Shown in pieces: positions 37,091 to 49,510 of a DNA stretch of 64,000 nucleotides; position 1 is the stretch's first letter, and every line of letters begins with the position of its first letter. The DNA is from Glaucostegus cemiculus (lineage: Eukaryota), in assembly GCA_976551045.1 (NCBI GenBank), contig CDPCPM010000077.1:7254001-7318000 (forward strand), read 5' to 3'. A program made the position numbers and the translations under genes. The notes beneath the pieces are model-generated. The model was not told the origin of the DNA. It searched no databases and worked only from the letters and a program-made list of their open reading frames with translations.

Positions 37091-38399
37091 AATTTCGGGA
37101 GGCAGTTTGCAGGCAGCAAGGCAATTATCCCTCTTGTGTTTGTTGATCTCAGCATCTGGGTTTGTTAGACTCGCTGGTATCTGCCACTTTGATCTGGCTC
37201 ATATCTTCATCCCATACAGCAGAAAAACACCAAATCCCTGCTGACAATTAAGCACCCATTTACTCTAATCCCAATTTTGATTCTCTCCACATTCTCACCA
37301 GCTTTCCCCATAGTCTACCCCTCACCTACACACTAGGGACAATTTACAATGGTGAATTAACCTACCAACCTGCACATCTATGGGATCTAGGAGGAAACTG
37401 GGATCACCCAGAGGGAACACCTAGGGTCACAAGGAGAACGTGCAAACTGCGCACAGCTGAGGTCAGGATTGAACCTAGTCTCTGGGGTTGTGAGGCAGTG
37501 GTTCTGCCACCTGCACCATTGTGCCACCACTGTACCCTGGTCCAATTCAACTTACATTTATCAGCTGTAGGCTGGGGACATACCAAAGAGTTCAGGTTAA
37601 CTACTCAGTTTCTTACTGAGTAGTTAACCTTACTGAGGGTAGATGTTGTTGAAGGAGCGGTTGTGTTGAGTAACTAAAGGGCCAGGCTCATGACTCTGGG
37701 GTAAATTGTGCTCAGATTGATTGCTTAGGAATATTTACCTTCACAATTCCATGTGTGGGATTTGCTTTAGGCATGTGTGTTATTTTTTAATTTTCAAAGG
37801 GCACAACATATATTGGCTCATCCCCTGAGGGTGACTTCATTGTTGTCTAACAGCCTGGCCTATCACTTTTAAAGGTTTGAATTTTAAGTTTGCCTGTATC
37901 TACTCAAGGTTCAGGTCCTTTATTAGTGGAACAATTTTTCAATTGCTGTCTGTCCCTTCTGTCAACCAGCCAATTTATTTTGAAGCCTGCCTCTGTCTAC
38001 CTGAATTATGCTTAGTTCAAACCATTTGGTGATCGCGTCTATAATCTTTTATTCTGTCTTTTTATCCTAAGGGACAACCAATTCATGTTGGTTGTGTAGC
38101 CCAGAACTTCCAGGGACTGGACCCCATGCTGCAGGAAACATCTGCTGATAGGGTTGGCCTTATTTCCAGTTCAAATGGCACTGAGATTAACATTTAGGGT
38201 TTAGACTGGAATCCACTTTCCCAGTGTGAATTATTGGTGATCTTTTCTGCTATTTTCCTCTGTGGCTGATAGTAACAGGTTGGACTTTCCCTATCTATGC
38301 AGGGTGGTGCTTCACAGCTACAGGGAGCTGGGTTCAATCCTGATCTTAGTCACTGCCCGCGTGGAGTTTCCACGTTTCCCATGACTGAATGTGTTCAGA

Positions 38400-38695
38400 G
38401 TCACACAGCACAGGAAAAGGCCCTTTGGCCTAAATGGTCCATGCCGACCAAGATTCCAATCTAAGCTAGTCCAATTTGCCCACATTTGGCCCATATCCCT
38501 CTAAACCTTTCCTATCCATGTACCTGTTCAAGTACTTTTTAAATGTGAATGTACCTGCCTCAACCACTTCCTCTGGCAGCTCATTCCATACAATGACCAC
38601 CCTCTAGGTGAAAAAGTTGCCCCTCAGGTTCCTAATAAATCTCTTCCCTCTCACCTTAAACCTGTGCCCTCTGGTTCTTGGTTCCCTTACCCTGG
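38400..38695 (-). mobile_element. CR1-like LINE 3' end, apparently inserted into a V-SINE (38303-38385 and 38700-38760)
   Basis: CR1 3' UTR in reverse orientation, with SINE head and V-domain halves on either side. Confidence 0.65.
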
Positions 38696-40185
38696 TAAGT
38701 GTTTCTGCCTGGATTCCTCCCACACACTGGTAGGTTAATTGGCCACCCCTGAGTTAGGTAAGAGTCAAAATAATCAAAGGAAGGTGATGGAACTGTGAAA
38801 AAGAATAAGTTGCAGAGCTACAGGGAAATAACACAGAGACAGAGAAGAGAGGCAGGCAGAGAGAGGACGAGAGAAGGAAGCAGGCAGAGAGAGAGGTGGG
38901 GTAAAGGTACTGATGGGATTGTTCTGTTGGGAGACAACGGACCAACAGGCCTTCTCCTGGGTTGTAGCTGCATGCACCCGATTACCGATGGGGCAGGGGG
39001 TCAAGGAGAAGAGGTGTGGAAGGAGAGGCAAAGACATTCAATTACACCAGAACTACTGAAACTCAAATCATTTGGACATCTCTTCAACAAGCTGACCCTG
39101 TGTTGGCACAGGGTTGGAAGTTCCCCAGTCTCCCACTGTCAAAAGACATTCAGACAGGTACAGGGATAGAAACGGTTTCGAGGGATGGGGGCAAATGCAG
39201 GCAAATGAGTCTAATTCAGATAGACATCCTGGTTGGCATGGATGAATTGGGCTGAAGTGCCTGCTTCTGTGCTGTATAACTCCATTACATCTGCTGTTCA
39301 TCTTCAGAAATTCTATCACAAGCTGCAGAAGATTGGTCTTGTTTTAAATTTGCTCTGAAGATGTGGATTCAAATATTACTGACAGCGCTGGTACTTAATC
39401 CCCAGTCCTAATTTTCCCCAAACTGAGAGCCATTGGTGGGTCTGGAGTTACATAGAGTGTAGGATTCCTTCCATGAAGGACAGCAGAAAACCAGACGGGT
39501 TTTGACTACTTCATGGTTACTGGTAACGAGAGGATGGCTTCTGCTGAGCACACAGCAGATGCTGGGAGAATTGGGCTTGGGCTTCTATCCCACCTGCTCA
39601 CCTGTGTGTCAGTGGCTAGTACGCTCATTTCTGAGTCAGGTGATTCTTCATGTTCCACTCCAGGGAGCTGAGCACAAAATGCAGGCCGACACCCCAAGTG
39701 TGGTACTAAGGTGCTGTTCAAAGTCTTACCTATTGGTCGAGGAGAGCAACAAAGATCCCACCAGACACTAGGGTACGGGAAGATATCCACACTGTCCAGT
39801 ATTTAATCCTCACTTAGCATCACAAAACCATTTATCTGGCCATCACGCTGCTATCTGTGGGAGCTTGCTGTGCACAAACTGGGCGTCGTGCTTCATTCTT
39901 GACAAGAAGAGCAACATGTCAGAAATAACTGTTTGTAAAACACTTTAGCACACTACTACAGATGAGCACGTCACTTTTAAGAACTCAAACTTCATCCATA
40001 TTTACTCCCCATTGAGATGCTGTATAACTTCTTGAACAAAGTAAGCAGTCTTCCATTGAATCCTCAATGAATCTTTGCCAGAAAATATCAGTGGGGGCAG
40101 TCGCTGAATGTACACTAATGCAGCTTTAACACAAAACAGAAGGCAGGGTTTCTCAGCTCAATATATACATTTGCAAAATTTTAAC

Positions 40186-40191
40186 TTTATT
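40186..40191 (-). terminator. Candidate CISD3 polyadenylation signal AATAAA
   Basis: tttatt on + (AATAAA on -) ~290 nt past the stop codon, with a GT-rich tract (gttttgtgtt) further downstream on the minus strand. Confidence 0.55.
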
Positions 40192-40481
40192 AACAACGTG
40201 CATTAAATTATTACATTGAAAACCGTCTGTAGTGATTGCCTTCTTGCTAAATTTAGTTGAGAATCAATTCAATCCTATTTAGTTAGAATGTGCAATCACC
40301 GGCACCCCCACAAAACCAAAAGGCCAACTCCAAATCCCTGAACAAACTCTGCTGTTAAATCTAACAACAGAAATCCTGAAAAAACTGAAAACTGCTCCTA
40401 AAATAAGACCCTTTACATCAGGTGAACAGTGACTTCCCATAGTGTTTGCAAACGTGGTGCACCGCAGTTTGTGCTGCAGCT

Positions 40482-40670
40482 CTAGTCCGTGGAAGGCACT
40501 GTATAGAGATCAGCACCTTGGACCCAGTCCTCCTTGTGAGTGCCGTCACAGTACGGGGGTCCCTTGGTCTGCTTGCAGCCACACAGGAAGACTGTCTTCC
40601 CTTCCTTCAGTCGAAACCTCAGGGGGGTTGGAGCCAAAGGGATGGACCGGTGGCTTCCATCGCAGAATGG
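40482..40670 (-). CDS. CISD3: CISD3/MiNT (CDGSH iron-sulfur domain protein 3) terminal coding exon: PFCDGSHRSIPLAPTPLRFRLKEGKTVFLCGCKQTKGPPYCDGTHKEDWVQGADLYTVPSTD*
   Basis: Minus-strand acceptor ttttttcttcttag|CCA; 189 nt = 62 codons + TAG. Contains the second half of CDGSH motif 1 (PFCDGSH) and a complete motif 2 (CGCKQTKGPPYCDGTH). Two tandem CDGSH motifs are diagnostic of CISD3. Confidence 0.95.
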   Translation of the reverse strand, partial: PFCDGSHRSIPLAPTPLRFRLKEGKTVFLCGCKQTKGPPYCDGTHKEDWVQGADLYTVPSTD

Positions 40671-40859
40671 CTAAGAAGAAAAAATCCACATAGTTAGAGA
40701 CAAGAAGTTTAGACATTGGAAATACGTAGGTCCAGACCAATCTAGTCCCACTCCCAAGATAAATCTGGTCTATAAGTGATGGTTTATCCTAGTCTCCTTT
40801 GTCCCTTTCTTTGAATCTGTGTTCCCACTAATTGAAACATTTTCCCTCTATTTAGCCGA

Positions 40860-41280
40860 TTCCATTTTTAAGGAAGGATATCCCTGCTTTGGAGGTAGTG
40901 CGGAAACGGTTCACTTAGTTGATTTCTGGGATGAGGGGTTGATATGTGAAGCAAGGTGAACACGTTTGGGATTATGCTCATTTGAGTACAGAGGAATGAG
41001 AGTGGTCTCAGAATCCACCCTGTCGATCGCTCTCAGAATCTTATAGATTCTGAGGCAGATTGACAAGGTGGATTCTGAGAGGTTGCTTCCCCTAGTGAGG
41101 GTATCTAGAACTAGGGTGCCTTGTTTCAAAATGGAGGGGGGGTGTCATCAATTTCAGACAGAAATGAGGAGGAACTTATTCACTCAGAGGGCTGTGAATC
41201 TTTGCAATTACTCCAGATAGATGTGGGGACCGAGTAATTGAATATGTTCAAGGTTGAGATTGGCAGATATGTATACTACA
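40860..41280 (+). mobile_element. CR1-like LINE 3' fragment with internal fold-back duplication
   Basis: Decayed RT C-terminus (gaggaatgagag...tatagattctgaggcagattgacaaggtggat...gctgtgaatcttt). Confidence 0.75.
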
Positions 41281-41309
41281 AAGAAAAAGACACGCTGGAA
41301 TCTGGAGCA

Positions 41310-41460
41310 ACACGCGAGATGCTGGAGGAACTCACCAGGTCAGGCAGCATCTACAGAGGAAAATGGACAGTCAATGTATCGGGTCTCAACCCGGATCATC
41401 AACTGTCCATTTTCCTCCATAGATGCTGCCTGACCTGCTGAGTTCCTTCAGCATCTCGTG
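41310..41460. mobile_element. Palindromic Penelope-like terminal-repeat derivative (~58-bp inverted arms)
   Basis: gagatgctggaggaactcaccaggtcaggcagcatctacagaggaaaatggacagt pairs with actgtccattttcctccatagatgctgcctgacctgctgagttccttcagcatctc. Confidence 0.7.
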
Positions 41461-43796
41461 ATTTAAACTACAAGGGAGTTGAGGAGAAGGTGGAAAAATT
41501 ACTGCACACGTTCAGCAACCTCCACATGTTAGCACTGCATGTGGACAGTGGTACTGGCAACAACTTTGGCCGCTTCCACCTGAAGATGATCTTCCAAGCA
41601 AAAAGGTTCGGGCACTCCTGTTCTAGAGCTTGTTTCATCTTTGAACATAATGCAACGGGAACAAAACTGCAACTGTTCCGGTCACACAAATACTGTGGCC
41701 ACCAGAGTAGGTCAGAGGCTGCTTATCCTGTGGTGAGTGACTCAGCTCTTGACATCTTAAATCCAATGTATCATCTACCAGGGGGTGTGATGGGATTTTC
41801 TCTGCGTGCCTTGGTGAGTACATCTCTAACACTCAAGTTACTTAACACCTTCAGGGACAAAAAGCAGCTCAATGATTGGCAAGCAGTCCATTACTTTAAC
41901 CATTCATTCTCTGCAGAGTTACAATTTTTACTACCATAGTTATACAACATGGAAACAGGCCCTTCAGCCCAACTCATCCATGCACTGCAGCAATCGGTAA
42001 ACTTTCTTCAGAGCATCTCCCAGGTCTGTGACTGGCACCCCCTCCCTCCCCAAGAAACAGGGGCAGCTGACGCACAGGAACACCACCACCACCGCACACA
42101 GGTTTCACCCCAAGTCGTGTACTATCCAGTCTTGGGAACTTCTTCAGTGCTGGTTACAAATCCTGGATCCAAATCTGTGGGAGGATTTTCTCACTATCAC
42201 CTTCTGAAGATCAGTTAGGGAAAGGACAATAATTCTAGCCTCGCCACTGTCTTAACCTCCCTTGCATAAGTAAATTAAAAATGACAACAGTATTTTAACT
42301 GAGAAGAGATAGTGCGAAAATGGACACTTCACCACACAGTCTCAGAAATCGCCTCCAGCAACTATTAGACAAAAAAATTGTTGTACATATAGAAATTTAC
42401 TGGATGTGTCATGGGATGCCATGAGAGACAAATCATTTGCTCTGCTTGTTGTATAATCATTGCTTAAGGGACTGGTTTAATGCTTCAAAGGAATATTTAA
42501 ATGTAGATTAGTTTCCTTTGATACTTAGGTTAAATAATGTATCTGTGACATGAAACTCATCCACTAGCACAGTGAAGTTTGTTATTAATATTTGAACAAC
42601 AATTTATATTTTTTGGCAATTATGTTTATCAGTAATTTTTCTAATTCACATTCTTTATTGATCAGAATAGTGGCTGAATGGGTTCCTTTTGCATCATGAA
42701 AATTCTATTAGTAGTGGGAGTAATGCTATCAACTGGCTTCAGACTCCATACAATGAGAGAAATCGGTTTTGATCCTGACTGCCACACAGCTATCCTTGAT
42801 AGAAGGAGAGAGAATGACAGAGGGTAAACGGGGAGAGGGGGAGAGAGGGAGAGAGAACACATTCATGTGAATGAATATGAATCTGGTCCGAGTTTAGGAA
42901 TCATACTCAACTAGCTTTACACAGCTGAACAGCTTGTTGAAACTAAGAAAGGATGGTTACCTGAGCTCACTGACTCGAACTTAACACACCTGTAGAACCA
43001 CATTGCAGCAAGAAGTCAATGGCTTAAGAGGGGAATAGGCAGGTGTAAAAAAATAGCAAAAAGAACAAGTGTGTAACTTTGCAAAGTTGCTGGGAGCAGT
43101 TTCAATATGTCACTTGCTGGAGATAAAAGGTGATACTTGTCTGAACTTGGTTACTATTTTATTTTGAGATATTAGTTTGAGGATATTAATCAAGTTGACA
43201 CTGATAGTTATCTCATCAGCTTTCAATTTTCATCACAAATTGGGAGATTCATTGAAACAGATTAAGGGTGAGGAAAGCTAGCAACTATTTTCCTTACTTT
43301 GCCGCCAAAACCTCTTTATCTACAACTTTGATTGAAAACTACATAGGAAGCAGCAGATGTGACATTTCTTCCGCACCCATCTCCATCATTCTTACAGAGG
43401 ATCATGTTGTTGCTTGAACAGAAAGCAAAGAAGAAAGAGTTGTGCCCTGAAGGCCACAGCATTTCTTCACCAGAAATTCTCCCATTTGTCCAGGTCAGGT
43501 GAGGTCAGTGTAATAAATTCAAACTGCATTCTTACTTGGAAGAAGAAATGTCAAGAAAAAAATTAAAACATTAAGGAGAGGAATTATCTTGATTGCATTT
43601 GGATGCCAGACTGATACTTGAAGGGACTCTCAACTGCAAGGTCATGGGTTTCAAAGACTGGTTGGCCAATAAATTTGCCTTCTTGGTTGAACTTCTTACT
43701 AGGTTTTAGCTTAGAAGGGCATAACTCAATTTCCTTGTCAACATTGTTTGATTCAGTCATTCCAAAAGTCTTTGTCCAAATTGCTTATCACTTCAG

Positions 43797-44205
43797 TGTC
43801 ACAATGTTGATTGAAGAGCAAGATCACAGAGAGCCCAAATGCAGCACACTGGTACAAGACTGGAGTCAGGATACTTCCTCAGGACCAGAAACAGGCCACA
43901 CTGGAAGGAAATCTTGCCTTGGAGATCTGAGTAGTAATCCCAACACAAACTGAATCTTCAAGCAGGACTAGAGAACACAGGACTGCTCTGGAGTAGACCA
44001 CTCTAAGCAGCTAGGAACCAAACTGAATCTTCACGGTTGATCAATCCTCTGGCAACTAGTGCTAGAGAAACCCAGGTACTTATGCTAGGCCCCTGATGGG
44101 GCTCAGGTGTGTGTCATTATGCAATCAGTCCAGCATGGAATCCATGTGCTGTACAACAAGGCATCTAAGGAACCAAATCAAGGGCCAGTTCTCAGAATCA
44201 TGACA
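43797..44205. mobile_element. Solo-LTR-like element, family A, copy 2 (409 bp); 5-bp TSD TTCAG
   Basis: ttcag|TGTCACA...CATGACA|ttcag; homologous to 12619-13019. Confidence 0.9.
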
Positions 44206-44299
44206 TTCAGTCAGACTTACATACCTTCTGATCACATATCTGAACAGTCATTCTGCACAATTAATTACTTTTGCACACTAGTGCCTTCCTTACTAGGGA

Positions 44300-45190
44300 A
44301 ACAGAATACAGGACAGTACAGCCCAGGAACAGACTCTTTGGCCCACAGTGTCTGTGCTGACCACGATGCCGAATTAAACTAAACCTATGTGCCCACATGT
44401 GATCCATATTCCTCCAGTCCTTGCATGTTCGTGTGCCTGTCTAAATGGCTCTTAAATGCCATGATCCTGTCTGCTTCCACCACCACCCTGGCAGTGCCTT
44501 CCAGGCAACCACCACTCTCTGTGTAAAAGATAAACTTATACTGCACATCTTCTTCAAATATTCCCCTCTCACCTCAAAGCTATGTCCTCTAGTATTTAAC
44601 ATTTCTACCCTGGGAAAAAGACTACCTACTCTATCTGTGCCTCCCAAAATTTTATACGATCTGTCAGGTCTCCCATTAGCCTCTGACACAAATATATGAA
44701 ATGTGGCAGTCATTTCACATACAGCAAGATCGCACTAATGGTGACAAGCTAAAAGACCAGTTCTGCATGCTGCTGGCTGAGGGAGATGCCAGGACATTTT
44801 AATCAGCTTCTCCTCTTCACAAAGTGCCACTGAAACATATAAGATACTGAGGGGTCTTGACAGGGTGGGCATGAGGAGAATGTTTCCTCTTGGAGGATCC
44901 AGAGCTAAGGGTCGCTGTTTAAAACGTTGGGGCTGCCCATGTGAGTCAGACATGAGGAAACTTTCTTTTCTCTCTCAGGGTCTTGAGTCTTTGGAACACT
45001 CTTCCTCAAAAGGTGGTGGAGACAAAGTCTTTGAACACAGTTAAGGCAGAGTTAGAGAGGTTCTTGATAAACAAGGGTTACCAGGGTTACATCTAAATGT
45101 GGAATTGAGGTTGCAGTTGGATAAGCCATGATCTTATTGAACAGTGGAGAAGAATTGAGGGGTCCGCTCTTGCTCCTAATTTGTACGGTT
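44300..45190. mobile_element. Two CR1-like 3' fragments (44300-44670 minus; 44835-45190 plus)
   Basis: YKILGGTDRVGSLFPRVEMLNTRGH on the minus strand; tataagatactgaggggtcttgacaggg on the plus strand. Confidence 0.75.
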
Positions 45191-47340
45191 GTATGCATTA
45201 GCATCTGCCTGAATCACTAGAACAAAAGGATGGGTTTTGGCTTCATCATCATATCAGTTTATAGGATAACATCGGGCTTACAATGTTTGGCTTGAATTGA
45301 ATAAGGGTGCAAGAACAACAACCCGCTTCTGGAGTATTTTTTACACAGTAAAATGATCGAAAGCTGTCCAAAGGAACATTCCTAAACAAAATTTGACCGA
45401 GCCAGAGAAAGGTTTTCACACTGAGGACACCTCCATTATGCTGTGCACACTACAACTGTCAATGTCAAAGTCAAAGGCAAGTTTATTGTCATATGCACAA
45501 GTACATGTATGCACGGGTACAATGAAAAACTTACTTGCAGCAGCATCACATAGCATCAGATGCACAACATTGACAAGGGAGACATAAATTATACAAAAAT
45601 GATGCAAGAAAGAACACAATTAGAACAAAAGAAAGTTAATTGTAGTGCAAAGTGGTCAGCACCTCATGTAGATACTACCGATGGTGGGGCGGTACGTGCC
45701 CGTGATGTATTGGGCTGAGTCCTCTACAAACGTGCTAACTAAGGTATGTCTGGCTGCTCTAAACTGAGCATTCCTGAGGCGCTGTGGACCATCAGCAGCG
45801 GATGTATACCACCAAAACCTGTATGGTGGTGGACAACTGAACAGCTAACTGGAGGGGGAGGCTCCAAGAATAATCCTCACCCTCACAGATGACGGGACTC
45901 AGCGCCGTGTTCAACCTGACATGCTGTTGAAGAAGAATCGTGGCTTCCTTCTAAGATCTTGACCACTGCAGAAACCAGTCTGCAGACAATTTGATTCACC
46001 CTAGCTGATGTCAAGAAATGTCTGAGCATTGGCTACACACTATGGTGGTTTAGGACGGGAATTCAGAATCAGATTTATTATCTGACATATGTCGTGAAAT
46101 TTGTCGTTTTGTGGCAGCAGTACAGTGCAAAGACATAAAATCTATAAGTTACAAAAGTAAGTGAATCGTGCAGAAAAACAAATGAAGAATGAGGTAGTGT
46201 GCATTGGTTCATGGATCATTCTGTGTATTTCCCACACACTGATTAAAGATCATCCTAATCTGGGGCGGGATTTCTTCTTGAGTATATCCCACGCACTGGA
46301 TATATACCATTGTGATTTGGAAAGATTTTGTTATTATTTCATTGGCACTGGATATAAATCCTGAAATTCCTTCCTCAACAACACTGTGGGTGCACCTTCA
46401 CCAGAAGGACTGCAGTGGTTCAAAAAGGTGGTTTACCATCACCTTCTCCAGGGCCATAAGGGATGGGCAATAAATGGGGACCTTGTCCATATCCTGAAAA
46501 AGGATCAAATGAAAAAATGAGACTGACAGAGTTTAAAAGAGGAGTCTTCAAAGGAGTGAGGTAGAAAGCTCTAGGGAAGGGAATGCAGAATGCTAGAACT
46601 GGATGGGATTACCTTTGGAGAGCTACAGAGAGCAAGAGTTGAAGGAGTGCAGAAATTCAGGAAAGGGAGGGGTAAGGCCATGGAAGTGCTTCAAAATGTC
46701 CTATTTTAAAAACTATGCCATAAAGGTGGGTTGTGAGCAGAGGGGTGATGGGTGAACAGGATTAGGTGTAAGTGAGGATATGAGCAGCAGAGTTTTGATG
46801 AATAATATGAGACCGGTCTAGAAACAGTCAGACCTACAGGCAACAAATGCTTGGATGATGGTTTGGGACAAATCAGGATAACAATAATGTAAACACCTCA
46901 CAGGTTATATCTTTCCCAACTTCTAACAATGTTACAACTAAAAATAGGGAGGGAATAAATTGGAACTTACCTTTTATGCAAACGAGTTGTAAGTTTATGA
47001 GGTTTATATTGTGAAAGTGGCATTGAGATGAAATGCAATAGCAGTGACATTTTGAACCAATAAGACTCACTCACGAAGAACATGGAGACACCTTACAGAA
47101 ACTAAAGTTATCCCAAAATATGTACAGCTAATGAGCATCTTTGAAAGGTTTTCATTGTTGTAATGCAGGAAACACAACAGCTGATTTCAGCACGGCAAAC
47201 CTATTATGGGCACGATTTTCATTAGTGATATTGATAATGGGATAACATTGATTGTGGCATCAGGAACAACTCCTATGCTTTTCCTCAGATAGTAGAATCC
47301 ATGTATCCTTTGCATTCATTGGAAAAGTTAAGTGGTTAGT

Positions 47341-47580
47341 TTTTTTTTACAGCATGGTAACAGGCCCTTTCGGCCCTCCGAGTCCACGCCGCCCATTTTA
47401 AACCCCCAAATTAACCTACCCGTACGTCCTTCAGAATGTGGGAGGAAACCGGAGCACCCGGAGGAAACCCACGCAGACATGGGAGAACGTACAAACTCCT
47501 CACAGACAGCGACGGGAATTGAACCCAGATCGCTGGCGCTGTAACAGCGTCGCGCTAACTGCTACGCTATCGTGCCGCCC
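47341..47580 (-). mobile_element. Young tRNA-derived V-SINE (HE1-like) inserted in an older Deu-SINE
   Basis: Third copy of the 27974/30442 family, with an A-rich tail; Deu-SINE-like sequence continues on both sides. Confidence 0.88.
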
Positions 47581-47834
47581 CTAGTTTGATGTCTCATTCA
47601 AAAGATGGCAACTCTGCTACTGCAGCTCTCCCTCGGCGCTACAGTGCATCAGCCCAGATGTTGTGCAGGTTTGTGGATCCAGAACCTTACAACTTAGAGA
47701 CAAGAGTACTACCCACAAAGCTACAGTTGATACCATCAGTGACCATCAGACCAAGGAACTAAACCTGAGTACAAATTGCAGGCAGGTGAACAGAGAGGTT
47801 GTAAACTACCTGTGCTTGCTGACCTATGTGTCAA

Positions 47835-49510
47835 GTTCAAAGTCAAAGTCGAGTTTATTGTCCTATGCATAAGTACATGTGTGCACAGGTGCAATGAAAA
47901 ACTTACTTGCAGCAGCATCACAGGCACAGAGCATCAGGTAAGCAGCATTCACAAGGGAAACGTAAACTACATTATACACAATCTTCACAAGAAAGAACAC
48001 AATTAGAATTTAAAAAGTCCATTTTAGTGCAAAGTGATCATAGTGTTGCTAAACTGTAGTGATTAGAGTTGTGCTGGTTGGTTCAAGAACTGAATGGTTG
48101 AAAGGAAGTAGCTGTTCTTGAACCTGGTGGTGTGGGACTTCAGGCTTCTGCACCTCCTGCCCAATGGTAGCTGTGAGAAGATGGCATGGCCCGGATGGTG
48201 GGGATCCCGATAATGATAAATTCCAGTTTCAAAATGATTTGAAGAAAATGGGAGAGTGTAACTTCACATTATTGCTCCACCAGCAGTAAAACAATAATAT
48301 ACCATTAACGGAGAAATTATATGGTGTGCATATTGGGGGGAAATCAACAAAAAGTTCTTGGAAATCAGAATTGTCTGCCTAGAAATTTAGTCATAAAATG
48401 CTGCTTTCTCAGTGTTGTGTTATTGACAATCAATGTTTCCTGGAATGCAACACCATAACAATAATTTCCTAGTCATTTCCCATCACTACAGAGAATACGT
48501 CACCCCCTGCATCCCCAAGTGATTTATATTCTTGAATCACATTCCTTGTAAAGCATTCAAAATTAGACTAAGTTGCCTCCAGAAGCAACCATCATTGGGC
48601 AATTGGGAACTCTTGGGATAACAATGCTTCAGTGATGCAGAACTGGACAAGGCCACTTGTAGAGAACATCCCATATCATTTTGCTGCCCTTTGATAGAGC
48701 AACAGTCACCCACCAATCTGACTCCCAGACAAGTCCACGCCTAACACCACTGTACACCCAACTCGACCACCAGAATCAGGTTTATTATCACTGACTTAAA
48801 TGAAGTGACACTCGTCGTTTAGTGGCACCAGTACAGTGCAAAAACATTAAATTACTATAAATTACAAAAATAAATAAATAGTACCAAAAAAAAGGAATAA
48901 CAAGACAGTGTTCACGTGTTCATGGATCGTTCAGAAATCTAAGGGCGGAAGGGAAGAAGCTGCTTCTGGATCACTGAATGTGGGTCTTCAGGCTCAAATA
49001 CCTCCTCCTTGATGGAAGTAACGAGAAGAGGGCACGTCCCGGATTGTGAGAGTCCCTTGTGATGGATGTCGCCTTCTTGAGGTTCCACCTCACGAAGATG
49101 TCCTTGATGGTGGGGAGGGTTGTGCCCGTGAGGGAGCTGGCTGAGTCTACAACCCTCTGCATCCTCCTGTGATCCTGTGCACTGGAGCCTCCCTACTGGG
49201 CTGTGATGTAACCAATCAGAAACCACCACCAGGCTCAAGGACAGCTTCTAACCTGTTGTTATAAGATTCTTGAACGGATCTCTTGTATGATGAAGATGAA
49301 CTCTTGATCTCTCATGGCCTTTGCACCTTATTTGTCTACCTGCACTGCACTTTCTCTGTAACACTATATTTTGCATCCTGTTTATTGTTTTTTCCCTTGT
49401 ACTACCTTGATGTACTTAGGTTTGGAATGACCTGTATGGATGGCATACAAAACAAAGTTTTTCAATGTATCTCTGTACGTGTGACGATAATAAACCCATT
49501 ACCAATTACT
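47835..49510. mobile_element. Cluster of Rex1/Babar-like 3' fragments (47835-48210 minus, 48775-49220 minus, 49225-49510 plus)
   Basis: QRVVDSASSLTGTTLPTIKDIF...SLLPSRRRYLSLKTH, and 3' UTRs shared with the other copies. Confidence 0.75.

Noticed and set aside
41490-41939. 149-aa plus-strand ORF
   Set aside because: Non-ATG start, no recognisable motif, no supporting exon chain; antisense within the CISD3 intron.
42062-42095. W-C-S-C codons on the minus strand as the missing CISD3 exon
   Set aside because: Continues as ASAA rather than GxSxxQ, has no donor at the expected place, and lies in repeat-like sequence.
42961-42989. 29-nt minus-strand mini-exon (ctacag|...CAG|gtaacc) as a CISD3 exon
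   Set aside because: Open only as phase 2 in / phase 1 out, which fits neither the phase-0 last exon nor the phase-1 candidate first exon; lacks the CxC ligands.
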